Origin: an uncultured Pseudomonadota bacterium | GTDB taxonomy: Bacteria; Oederibacteriota; Muellerivitia; Muellerivitales; Muellerivitaceae | Reading direction: 5' to 3' | Length of the DNA stretch: 64,000 bases | Assembly: GCA_963836235.1 (NCBI GenBank) | Contig: CAWIIP010000005.1 | Coordinates: 1-64,000, forward strand | Notes under the pieces: model-generated | Databases searched by the model: none | What the model saw: the letters and a program-made list of their open reading frames with translations, nothing else | Told to the model about the DNA's origin: nothing | Translations under genes and position numbers: made by a program | Shown: positions 1-8,592 of the stretch, one piece after another | Layout of the letters: the number at the start of each line of letters is the position of its first letter | How positions within the stretch are numbered: position 1 is the stretch's first letter

Positions 1-1045
1 CCACCATGGTCCGCTTCAATAATTGCTTCAAGTCTTTCAACACATCCTCAGGCCGTAATGCCACCATACACTCGTGTTTCTTATCCACGCATACCGTCAG
101 CTTGCAAGGGCGGCAAGGCACCATTTTGACCACCATCGGATGAGAATCCAGCGAATAGGGATGCCTTTTGCCCAAGGGTTCGGGCCCCCAGATAGTCAAA
201 GTGGGTGTTCCCACTGCCACGGCTAAATGCCGGTAAACCGAATCCACGCCTAACACCGCCGCGCATTTTTGGTAAAGCCCCAATAAAGGGAGCAAACTGG
301 CGCTGGAGTAAACGGGCAGGCTTAGGCCCGCCTCTTTCTCAATGGCGCCCAACTTGGCACTCTGCAAAGGCGAGCAGGTAAAAAACAGCTTCATGCCATT
401 GGCCGTCAGCTCTTTAATCACCGCCCCCCACTTGGCGGGGTACCACTCTTTGCTGGCGCAACCCGCAAAAGGATTCAGGGCTAAAACCATGTCTCCTTGG
501 CCAAAGCGATTCGCTTTCCAAAAGGTGTCGGCATATTCGGTGGCTTTATCAGGAACTCTCCAAAAACCATGCGCACGATCATGGGATTTGGGGGTTATCT
601 TGAAAAGGCCCAATACCCGCCGGTCTACCTCGATCGAGTCCATCTTGGGCAAATCCTTCGCCGAAGTTGTCAAATCGTAATGGGATTTGATGGATGGAAG
701 CCCCAGGCCCGCTTTCATGGCCGCTTTGCTCCAAGTAACCCATTGGGCGCTTTGCGCAGAGCCAGAAAAGTCGATGGCCAGGTCGAAGTACCGCTTTTGG
801 AGGGCGTTCATGAACTTATCGTTTTTCCAAATCCTCGTCCAAAAGGGCCGGCGTTCCATCGCGTCGGGGTCATAGGCCATCACCTCATCCGCCCAACCGG
901 ATTGCTCATAGAGTTCGTGGGCTGCAGGCCGAACCAGGGCCGTGATTCTGGCTTGGGGAATGACTTCCCGCAAGGCCTCAAAAGCTGGGCCCGCCAGAAT
1001 GGTATCCGCCAAAGGGCTCAATTTAACCGCCAAAATCCGTTTCAA
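1..1045 (-). CDS. Glycosyltransferase family 9 (LPS heptosyltransferase-like), 3' end runs off the window
   Basis: Not in the ORF track because it has no stop in the window. Manual translation from TTG at 1045 (AGGAG upstream) gives MKRILAVKLSPLADTILAGPAFEALRE...GVDSVYRHLAVAVGTPTLTIWGP...PCRPCKLTVC...CMVALRPEDV, matching GT9 motifs. The frame is the same at both ends. Confidence 0.85.
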   Translation of the reverse strand, partial: MKRILAVKLSPLADTILAGPAFEALREVIPQARITALVRPAAHELYEQSGWADEVMAYDPDAMERRPFWTRIWKNDKFMNALQKRYFDLAIDFSGSAQSAQWVTWSKAAMKAGLGLPSIKSHYDLTTSAKDLPKMDSIEVDRRVLGLFKITPKSHDRAHGFWRVPDKATEYADTFWKANRFGQGDMVLALNPFAGCASKEWYPAKWGAVIKELTANGMKLFFTCSPLQSAKLGAIEKEAGLSLPVYSSASLLPLLGLYQKCAAVLGVDSVYRHLAVAVGTPTLTIWGPEPLGKRHPYSLDSHPMVVKMVPCRPCKLTVCVDKKHECMVALRPEDVLKDLKQLLKRTMV

Positions 1046-1082
1046 TTACAGGCTCCTAATTAATCATTTTTGACCTTTTACC

Positions 1083-1110
1083 TATCCAATCCGGGTTCCC
1101 GTCGTGGACA
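1083..1110 (+). repeat. 28-bp palindromic site A (left arm degenerate)
   Basis: TATCCAATCCGGG-TT-CCCGTCGTGGACA; right arm identical to sites D, E and F. Confidence 0.8.
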
Positions 1111-1169
1111 GGATTTGTCAACCCATAATGAACTAAGTGTTTCGAATCAAATCATTTCTTTCAAAAGTT

Positions 1170-2318
1170 TTAATCTCCTTTTCCAAGAAGGGTTTCCATA
1201 ACATTTTCAGGCGCCCAACCATCAAACTGATTCATTTCATCAAGTCGTTTCAGACCCTCAGCAGCAGCTTTGTTTCCATTTTTCTTGGCTAATTTCACCC
1301 ATTTGATGGCTTCTTTTTTATCCTGTTTCACACCTGAACCTGTCCAATACATTATCCCTAAACTATATTGGCCAAAATCATCACCCCCATCCGCCGCTTT
1401 ACGAAATAATTCGACTGCTTTGTCGTAATCCTTGGGGACTCCTTGGCCGTATTTGTACATAAGCCCAAGGTTTTCTTGTGACCAAGCATGGCCCTGGTCC
1501 GCCGCTTTCTGATACCATTTCGCGGCTTTAGCGTAGTTTTGCTCAACGCCCTGCCCTTTCCAATAGTGATATCCAATTCGAAATTGGGCATCAGCTACAT
1601 TCTGCATGGCGGCTTTTAAATACCACTCTGTCGCCAACGAGTCATCTTGTGGAACTCCATAACCAAAATTGTATAAATACCCAATACTTTCTTGTGCATT
1701 GGGTTCATTCTTTTTAGCAGCTTTTAAAAAATGCTCCATAGCTTTGCCATAATTTTTTTGAACTCCTAAGCCTTTTTCATACATTAATCCAATTCGGTAT
1801 TCTGAGTATGGATCCTTTTTCTCGACGGCATTTAAATAATGTTCCATGGCTTTGCCATAATCTTGTTTAAAACCTAAACCGTCCTCATACATTAACCCCA
1901 AGTAGCGAAAGGAAAAAACGTCTGCTTGATTCGCGGCTTTTTGGAATAGAACAATCGCTTTTGGATAATCTTTTGGAATGACATCTCCATAAAGGTACAT
2001 GGCCCCCAAAGCACATTGAGCTTTTGCAAATCCTTGATCGGAAGATTTTTGAAACCACTTTAGTGCTTCAATCTTATTTTGTGTAACGCCTACACCGTTG
2101 TCATAACAAAAACCAACTCCGTATTCGGCGCGAGGGTTGCTAAGCTCGGCAGACTCTAAATAGCACTTAAATGCTTCCACAAAATTTTTATTCTTGAAAG
2201 CTTTTTTACCCTGAAGAAATATTTTATCCCCTGGCTGAGAGGTTGTATTGGGCGAACCGAAGGAATAAGAACTGATGGAAAAACTTAAAATTAGAGATAA
2301 AAATGTTTTGATCTTCAT
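1170..2318 (-). CDS. Secreted Sel1-like repeat protein
   Basis: Repeated A(Q/E)xxLGxMYxxGxGVx(Q/K)DYxKAxxW(F/Y)xKAA units. Signal peptide MKIKTFLSLILSFSISSYSFG from ATG 2318 (ORF track start 2396). AT-rich. Confidence 0.92.
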   Translation of the reverse strand: MKIKTFLSLILSFSISSYSFGSPNTTSQPGDKIFLQGKKAFKNKNFVEAFKCYLESAELSNPRAEYGVGFCYDNGVGVTQNKIEALKWFQKSSDQGFAKAQCALGAMYLYGDVIPKDYPKAIVLFQKAANQADVFSFRYLGLMYEDGLGFKQDYGKAMEHYLNAVEKKDPYSEYRIGLMYEKGLGVQKNYGKAMEHFLKAAKKNEPNAQESIGYLYNFGYGVPQDDSLATEWYLKAAMQNVADAQFRIGYHYWKGQGVEQNYAKAAKWYQKAADQGHAWSQENLGLMYKYGQGVPKDYDKAVELFRKAADGGDDFGQYSLGIMYWTGSGVKQDKKEAIKWVKLAKKNGNKAAAEGLKRLDEMNQFDGWAPENVMETLLGKGD

Positions 2319-2355
2319 TTTTAAAAAAACCACTCTTGTTCTTTCATCAAAAAAT

Positions 2356-2838
2356 TTAAATATGTTTCTCGTCCAGAGCGTTAACCGCTTTGTCAAAATC
2401 TGATTTTTTCACTTGCAACTTAACCCCACCAAACGCGTAAAAAACAGGGTTAATTGCAAATATGTGTTCGTCGGCAATATAAGATTCAATATCTATAGAT
2501 TCCAATCTAGCCTTTGCTAAATAAGCTTCCATCGGATTCTGATATCTAGCAACGACAATAAGATCATCGGCTTTTTCTTTTGCGCTTAATTCCCTCAGTT
2601 TTGCCCCACAAGAACCACAGTATGCGGCATACGGTAGAACAGTTTCCCCGCAAGAAGAACATTTGCCACCCTTTAAAGCTGTTGCAACTTCAAATGCTTT
2701 ATGGCATTCCGTCTTGTTGCAATAATAATATTCAGGGCCTTGATTGAGACAACGTAAGCAGAACCAGCCATGGCAGTGCTGGCAAAAGCTGTCAGCTTCT
2801 TCGGTTGGATGGTTAGCACAAATATGTTCTGGCTTCAT
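2356..2838 (-). CDS. B-box-like zinc finger + zinc ribbon + DUF2007-like putative signalling protein
   Basis: CxxH-x7-CxxC-x4-CxxC, then CxxC-x10-CxxC, then a C-terminal EAYLAKARLESIDIESYIADE...GGVKLQV segment typical of DUF2007. Confidence 0.7.
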   Translation of the reverse strand: MKPEHICANHPTEEADSFCQHCHGWFCLRCLNQGPEYYYCNKTECHKAFEVATALKGGKCSSCGETVLPYAAYCGSCGAKLRELSAKEKADDLIVVARYQNPMEAYLAKARLESIDIESYIADEHIFAINPVFYAFGGVKLQVKKSDFDKAVNALDEKHI

Positions 2839-2866
2839 GATCCAGCAAATCCTTTAAAGAAATTTT

Positions 2867-4353
2867 GTATCTGTTCAGGCCAAGGACACTAACGAGGGCG
2901 CCAATCTTCCTGCCCGGTGGGCCAGCACCGCCTCAGCCAGATAATCCAACACATTCCGCTTTTGCTTTCGAAGCGTCTGTACTGCCGTCAGTACGCGTTC
3001 CGTGAACCGGCACCCTTCCCGGCTCCGATTTCCATAGCTGCGCTTGCGCCATAAAACAGCCGTCCGAAGGTCCCGCTCCGCCAGGTTGTTCGTCGGTTCA
3101 ACCCCTTCCACCCTCATGAAGGTCCAGTAAGCTTCATAGAGTTTTAGAACCCGCCCACAAAGGCGGCTGGTACTGTCCGCCGGACCTTCCCGGCCCCGCT
3201 TTAACCATCGGGCTAATCGTGTCTTTAGTGGTTCTAGTCTTCGTCGCAAGCCCTTTCGGCCCACCTTCTCATCCTCGTATTTCCCCCACGCCTCAAACAC
3301 CGCCTTCAGTGTCCGAAGACAGCCTTTCCCGATCCTTTGGCCTTTCTCTTCCCCCGACTCGATCAATCCCTGTAAGTCCCTCTTGAAATGGGCCCAGCAC
3401 AACTGCCTTTGCTCCAAGGGGATCGGTGTGTAGGCTCCGAACCGGTCGCTCCCAACTATCCCTTTCGCCTTCTCACCCAGCAATTCCTTCATCGCTTCCT
3501 GGTTCCGGTGCTCCTGAACCTCAAAAACCGCCACCCGCGGCGTTGTGCCAACCCAGAGCCATTTCAATTTCCCGCTCAGGTACCATCCCGTCTCATCCGC
3601 ATTCTTCACCGCCGACTGCCGTACCGCTTCTTTTGCTTCCACCCAGGATTCTCTCAGGGCTTCACTGACTTCTCGTTCCTTGGCGCTCAAGCTTCCCAGG
3701 GCCATCCGCACTCCTAACAACCCTTCCAAAACCTCCTGAACCACCCGTTTACTCATTTGGCACCGGCCACTGAAGAAGGCGATCAACCCCGTTAACCGAG
3801 GTCCGAAACTTCCCCGAACGTCCTCCGGCAGCATTCCCCAGGTTACCTTCCCGCAGGAAGAACAACACCGGCCCTGGACTTGGTGTTCGATCACCTCCGG
3901 CTTGAACGGTGGGATTTCCACCACTTGATGCACTTGAGGTTCGGGGTCTCTCTTCCCAGCCCGTTTGGCCAGTTCATGGCCGCATTCCCCGCATTTCAGG
4001 GGCAAGTGAATCTGTACATCTGTCACCATTTCCTTGGGAAACGGCTTTCGGGTGCATCCCATGTGTCCCGGTTGGCCACCTGGTTTTCGGTCACTCTTGG
4101 GCTTCGATTGTTGGGATTTTTGAAAAGGACTATCGCAAGAGGGTGGTTTGGACGAATTGGAAGAGTTTTGCTGTAAGCGGGCCGTCAACTCCCGTACCAA
4201 GGCTTTTAACTCTTGGACTTCGGATTCCAGAGTTTCCACCCTAGCCTGCAAACGCTCACAATTCGGACAGTTGGTTGGTATTGAAGGGGTGTCGTTCATC
4301 CTCTACGATGTTGCCATATCTCCTTTTGCTCTGCAAGGGGCCTGAACAGTTAC
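2867..4353 (-). mobile_element. IS66-family insertion sequence (single-ORF, ISBst12-like), 1487 bp
   Basis: Terminal IRs GTATCTGTTCAGGCC (2867) and reverse-complement GTAACTGTTCAGGCC (ends 4353). 8-bp target duplication GAAATTTT at 2859-2866 and 4354-4361. Confidence 0.95.
2875..4299 (-). CDS. IS66 family transposase
   Basis: NSSNSSKPPS, RKPGGQPGH, zinc finger, ADETGW, SDRFGAY, QLCWAH and PTNNLAERDLR motifs. Confidence 0.95.
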   Translation of the reverse strand: MNDTPSIPTNCPNCERLQARVETLESEVQELKALVRELTARLQQNSSNSSKPPSCDSPFQKSQQSKPKSDRKPGGQPGHMGCTRKPFPKEMVTDVQIHLPLKCGECGHELAKRAGKRDPEPQVHQVVEIPPFKPEVIEHQVQGRCCSSCGKVTWGMLPEDVRGSFGPRLTGLIAFFSGRCQMSKRVVQEVLEGLLGVRMALGSLSAKEREVSEALRESWVEAKEAVRQSAVKNADETGWYLSGKLKWLWVGTTPRVAVFEVQEHRNQEAMKELLGEKAKGIVGSDRFGAYTPIPLEQRQLCWAHFKRDLQGLIESGEEKGQRIGKGCLRTLKAVFEAWGKYEDEKVGRKGLRRRLEPLKTRLARWLKRGREGPADSTSRLCGRVLKLYEAYWTFMRVEGVEPTNNLAERDLRTAVLWRKRSYGNRSREGCRFTERVLTAVQTLRKQKRNVLDYLAEAVLAHRAGRLAPSLVSLA

Positions 4354-4393
4354 GAAATTTTAAGATTCAATAAACCTTGAATAAGACCTTTTC

Positions 4394-4421
4394 TGCCCAC
4401 GATGGATCCCCTGAGTGGACA
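4394..4421 (+). repeat. 28-bp palindromic site B
   Basis: TGCCCACGATGGA-TC-CCCTGAGTGGACA; same length and centre as the other copies. Confidence 0.75.
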
Positions 4422-4764
4422 ACCCGGGTTATCGAGTCAGTCTCAAGGTCTAGTCAAAATCCAAGCCGCAAAAGTCCAATTTTCAAACTTTGTCCCTAAA
4501 CCCTGACTAATTCTAACCCTATTTACCAAGCTGTACCGGGCCTAAACCCTCCCCCAAACCCTCAAAAACCAGGGCGATACCCTCTTGCTCGCCAGACCCT
4601 ATCGTGCCAGACCCCCGGCCCCCCCCCGGCCCATTCTGGAGATTCTCCAGAATCAGGTCCCTCCCAGCCTAGTTTTAGAACCTTTAATATCCCTCAGGGG
4701 CTGGCACCCCCCATCACCAGTCCAAACAGCTTGGGAATACCGGGTGCCAAGGGTAGTTAAAAAG

Positions 4765-4819
4765 GGCCTAAATACATACGTCCGATTTCCCGGGGAAATC
4801 GGGTGCGTTATTTTAGGCC
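4765..4819 (+). repeat. 55-bp hairpin repeat, copy 1
   Basis: GGCCTAAATACATACGTCCGATTTCCCGGGGAAATCGGGTGCGTTATTTTAGGCC. Confidence 0.85.
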
Positions 4820-4904
4820 AATTTCAGAGGATAGGCTGATTCGACCGGCTCACCATAGGCGGGCTCAAGACGAACCCTCGATCAATTACAAAGGACTCAA
4901 AAAT

Positions 4905-4959
4905 GGCCTAAATACGTATGTCCGATTCACCCGGTAAATCGGGCGCATTATTTTAGGCC
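4905..4959 (+). repeat. 55-bp hairpin repeat, copy 2
   Basis: GGCCTAAATACGTATGTCCGATTCACCCGGTAAATCGGGCGCATTATTTTAGGCC; 47/55 identical to copy 1. Confidence 0.85.
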
Positions 4960-5006
4960 ATTTTCCGAAGACCAAGCTAACCCGGCCCCCGACATTCATC
5001 CGGTGG

Positions 5007-6086
5007 TCAAAGGGCTTGGGGTAGGGTTTCGGGTTTGACCTTGACCGGCTTTTTGAGCTTCTGGAGGACGGCCTGGTGGACCTCCTCCACCGAGATGGCG
5101 TGGAGGCACTTATACCCGATGGGGCAGGTCTTCTGGAAACAGGGGCTGCATTCCAGGTGCTTATAGATAATCTCATGGCCAATCCCAAAGGGCCGGGTCC
5201 AGGTGGGCGAAGTGGAGCCGAAAAGGGCTACCGTGGGGGTGCCCACCGCCGCCGCCACGTGCATGGGGCCGGTATCGTTGGTGACCAGCAGTTTACAGCG
5301 GGAAAGCATGGCCGCCAGAATGGAGGGGGTGGTACGGCCCGCCAATAGATGCAACCGCGGGGTTTCCACGTCAGGCCTCCCCGCTAGCAGAGGCTTTAAG
5401 TAGACTTCTTCTTCCAAGCCCCCCAGGATTAAAAAGGACTCGCTTCTTTCTTTCAGAAGCCGTGAAATCAGTTCCTGCCAATAGGGCAGGGGCCAGCGTT
5501 TGGCCGCTCCAAAGGTAGCCCCGGGCGCCAGGGCGATATAGCCCTTCTTTTCCGGCACACCCATATCCGCCCAAACCGTCTTCAAACCCCTTTCGGCATC
5601 CGGGGTAATCTCACACTCCAGTTTGACTTTTTTTATTCCAGCCAGGGACCCTTCCAAACCCTGATTCACCAAATCCAGATACTCAAGGACCAGGTGTTTT
5701 TGGCGGGGTTCGGGATGGGGTACCAGCCGGGTTAAAAAAAGGTCCCGCCCTTCCCCGCCCCAACCGATTCTTTCGGGAATGTCGGCGGCGAAGGGAAGGA
5801 AGGCAGCAGAAAAGGAAGTCGGCAGGATCACCGCCGTATCGAAAGAACCCGACTTCAATTTGGAGATGTTTCTAAAAAAACCTCCCATGCCCTTTTCGAG
5901 AACGAGGACATGGTCAACCCCTGGAAAGCTCTTCCAAAAATCCCGGAACACAATTTTGGCCAGAATGGTGACCTTGGCCTTGGGGAACATTTTTTTAACC
6001 GCCGACACCGCCGGGGTGGACATCATGCTGTCCCCCAGCCAATTGGGCACGCGGATGAGGATGTTTTGTGTTTTGTCTTTTTTCAA
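5007..6086 (-). CDS. waaF: Lipopolysaccharide heptosyltransferase II
   Basis: ILIRVPNWLGDSMMSTP, APGATFGAAKRWP, VTNDTGPMHVAAA and CSPCFQKTCP motifs. Likely TTG start at 6086 (ORF track start 6206). Confidence 0.88.
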   Translation of the reverse strand: MKKDKTQNILIRVPNWLGDSMMSTPAVSAVKKMFPKAKVTILAKIVFRDFWKSFPGVDHVLVLEKGMGGFFRNISKLKSGSFDTAVILPTSFSAAFLPFAADIPERIGWGGEGRDLFLTRLVPHPEPRQKHLVLEYLDLVNQGLEGSLAGIKKVKLECEITPDAERGLKTVWADMGVPEKKGYIALAPGATFGAAKRWPLPYWQELISRLLKERSESFLILGGLEEEVYLKPLLAGRPDVETPRLHLLAGRTTPSILAAMLSRCKLLVTNDTGPMHVAAAVGTPTVALFGSTSPTWTRPFGIGHEIIYKHLECSPCFQKTCPIGYKCLHAISVEEVHQAVLQKLKKPVKVKPETLPQAL

Positions 6087-6136
6087 AATGAGACTTTCTT
6101 GGCGTCTTGGCGTCTTGGCGTTGGATGTTGATTTTC

Positions 6137-7213
6137 TCACCGACTTCTCCTCACCGACCTTTTCACCGCCCCTCCCACCAAATCCACGGTCAAATCCCTC
6201 ATGCACTTAAAGTGCCCCAAGGGGCAAGCGTTCTTCCCGTGCACGTCGCAAGGGCGGCAGGTCAGGTTGGAAACTTCCACCACCGAATGGGGGCCCCAGG
6301 GCTCAAAACCCAGCGAGGTCGTGGTGGAACCGTAAATCACGACCACTCGGCATCCTCGGCCTGAGGCCAAGTGGGTCAGGCCGGAGTCGTTGCCGATGAA
6401 GAGATCGCACCGACCCAAAAGGGCGATGGATTGTTCCAGGGAATAGTGGTCGGCCAGGCAGATACCCCTTTCGAGAGGCGTTCCCCTCATCTTGTTCTGA
6501 ATGGATTTAATCAGGCCTATCTCGTCCTTGCTTCCAAACCAAAGAAGGGTGCAGCGGTAATCTTCGACAAGCCGGGAGGCCAGTTCGGCGTATCTTTCGG
6601 GCATCCACTGTTTGGTCTTCCAACGGGCGCCGGGCCCCAGGCCGATCACCAATTGGGAGGGGGAGATTTTCCGTCTTTCCAAAAATTCCCGGAGGAAAGA
6701 CTGGTCTTTCTTGGAATCGAAAACCTTGAAATGAATCCTCAAATGGGGCTTGACCCCCAAAGGTTCCAGAACCTTGAGGTATTTTTGAATGGTGTGCAAA
6801 CTGGGCTGGCTGTTCAGTTTTTTGACCAGCAAACGCCGCCGGAGGGCTTCCTTGTCGTAAACCAGGAACTTCGCCTTGCGGGTGAAATAGGAAATAATCT
6901 GGGTTCTCAGGGAATCGTGCAGGTCCAGCACCATATCGGGATTCAAGGCTCGGATTTCCTGGATATGGCCCCAAAGGTTAAAAACCCCCGATCCCTGCAG
7001 GGTCAAAATTCGCTCCAAGGCCGGATGGTTCTGGATTGCCGGGAGGTACTCTTTTTTAGTGGCAAAAAAAACGCGGGCCTTGGGAAAGGCCGCCAATAAC
7101 CCGTCCAAGACGGGGTTGGTCAAAGCCACATCTCCCAGGGATGAATAACGCAGGACTAATATTTTGGGAGGGGCTTTCGGTTCGGTGACAGTCTGCTTTT
7201 CTTTAGGAGCCAT
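6137..7213 (-). CDS. Glycosyltransferase family 9 protein
   Basis: ILVLRYSSLGDVAL, PGARWKTKQW, GNDSGLTHLA and CRPCDVHGKNACPLGHFKCM motifs. Confidence 0.9.
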   Translation of the reverse strand: MAPKEKQTVTEPKAPPKILVLRYSSLGDVALTNPVLDGLLAAFPKARVFFATKKEYLPAIQNHPALERILTLQGSGVFNLWGHIQEIRALNPDMVLDLHDSLRTQIISYFTRKAKFLVYDKEALRRRLLVKKLNSQPSLHTIQKYLKVLEPLGVKPHLRIHFKVFDSKKDQSFLREFLERRKISPSQLVIGLGPGARWKTKQWMPERYAELASRLVEDYRCTLLWFGSKDEIGLIKSIQNKMRGTPLERGICLADHYSLEQSIALLGRCDLFIGNDSGLTHLASGRGCRVVVIYGSTTTSLGFEPWGPHSVVEVSNLTCRPCDVHGKNACPLGHFKCMRDLTVDLVGGAVKRSVRRSR

Positions 7214-7219
7214 AATCCT

Positions 7220-7325
7220 TCAGTTTTGAGTTCTAAGTTTTGAATTTTGAGTTTTAAGCGAATGAAGCATCCGCTTCGCGGAAACAATAATAACTTAAAA
7301 CTTAGAACTAAAAACTTAAAACTGA
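7220..7325. repeat. Intergenic inverted array of degenerate heptamers
   Basis: TCAGTTTTGAGTTCTAAGTTTTGAATTTTGAGTTTTAAG ... CTTAAAACTTAGAACTAAAAACTTAAAACTGA; related copy at about 32850-32935. Confidence 0.75.
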
Positions 7326-7327
7326 TT

Positions 7328-8449
7328 TTAAGTGGTGGAGCAAGCCAGTGAGATGTTCTTCAGGACCGTTTCCCAATGGTTCTTGCCGCCCGTCACTTCC
7401 CATTTGATCTCCAAAACGAGGATGGGAATATCCAAATCCATATCCCGGGGCAATTTGACCTCGTCCTTCTGGGTCGTCACCAGGTATTCCAAACCCCTTA
7501 GCTTGGCGTCTTCTAAAATATCCTTTAATTTTTCTTTCGTATAGGGATAGTGGTCCCGCAAGGTATAAGCGTGCCGGATGAGCACCTTGAATTCGGCCAG
7601 GGTCCGAATAAAGGAAAGCGGATTGGCCACGCCAGAAAAGGCCCCCACCGAGGCCCGGTCCAGCGAGGAAGGTTTGATTTCCTTCCCCGTCTTGAAATCC
7701 TTTAAAACCAGGGGCTGATAGCAGGACTCCACGAGAAAAGCCCGGGGGTTGTGGCGACGCAGGACCGTGCGGATGTCTTCCGGACTGCGGGCCAGGTTGA
7801 TCTTGTTAAGGACAAAAACATCGGCTTCCGCCAAGGCGTTTAGGGGTTCACGCAAAAGGCCAGCCGGGAGCACGTGGCCCGTGCTGAAAGGATTGATGCC
7901 GTCCACGACCAGGATATCCAGGTCCCGGTGAAGCTCGAATCGCCGTTGATAACCGTCGTCGAGGATAAAAAGGTCCGGCTTGAATTCCCGCAGGGCCTCC
8001 AGCCCCGCCTCGTAACGGTCCTTGCATACCAGTACGGCGGCTTGGGGCACACTCTCGGCAATAAGAACGGGCTCGTCCCCACCTTCTTCCGCCTTGACGA
8101 GAAGCTTCTCGCCCTTTGATACCCAGACCAGTTTGGCGCTTTTGCGGGTCCGGCGGTAGCCCCGGCTTAAGACCGCCACCCTTTTTCCCTGTTCGGAAAA
8201 ATAGCGGGCCAAGGAAATGACGACGGGGGTTTTCCCCGTCCCCCCCGTGGTAATGTTCCCAACGCTCACCACCGGACAAGTCAGCCTTTTTCGGTTCAAA
8301 ACACCCGAGCGATAAGCCGTCTTTTTAACCCACCAGCCCGTCAGGAATACGAAAGAAAGGAATTTCAAAAACGAAAAAAGGCTTTTGTCCAAAAAAGTGC
8401 GGGGTTTGTCGTGGAGGAACTTGAGATAGGCGCCTTCAAAATCGTTCAA
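7328..8449 (-). CDS. lpxK: Tetraacyldisaccharide 4'-kinase
   Basis: SVGNITTGGTGKTP, LSRGY, GDEP, LDDGYQ, LPAGLLREP and TTQKD motifs. Confidence 0.95.
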   Translation of the reverse strand: MNDFEGAYLKFLHDKPRTFLDKSLFSFLKFLSFVFLTGWWVKKTAYRSGVLNRKRLTCPVVSVGNITTGGTGKTPVVISLARYFSEQGKRVAVLSRGYRRTRKSAKLVWVSKGEKLLVKAEEGGDEPVLIAESVPQAAVLVCKDRYEAGLEALREFKPDLFILDDGYQRRFELHRDLDILVVDGINPFSTGHVLPAGLLREPLNALAEADVFVLNKINLARSPEDIRTVLRRHNPRAFLVESCYQPLVLKDFKTGKEIKPSSLDRASVGAFSGVANPLSFIRTLAEFKVLIRHAYTLRDHYPYTKEKLKDILEDAKLRGLEYLVTTQKDEVKLPRDMDLDIPILVLEIKWEVTGGKNHWETVLKNISLACSTT

Positions 8450-8592
8450 TGGAAAATTCCTTGATCGAAAAATAAATTGTTGTCATTGCGAGGAATGACA
8501 GGCTCGAAGTAGTTGGCCTGCGGCCAACCATGCTTGGCCCAAGGGCCAAGTACAACCCCAGTTCCAAAATAAAGGGTTGAATTATTTCATAC

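Noticed and set aside
342-1063. Plus-strand ORFs of 112 aa and 188 aa
   Set aside because: Antisense shadows of the minus-strand GT9 gene
4765-4959. Twin 55-bp repeats as a CRISPR array
   Set aside because: Only two units, repeat and spacer (85 bp) too long, and no cas genes
4585-5188. ORFs 4585..4839 (+) and 4886..5188 (-)
   Set aside because: No recognisable motifs; they run through the hairpin repeats or overlap waaF
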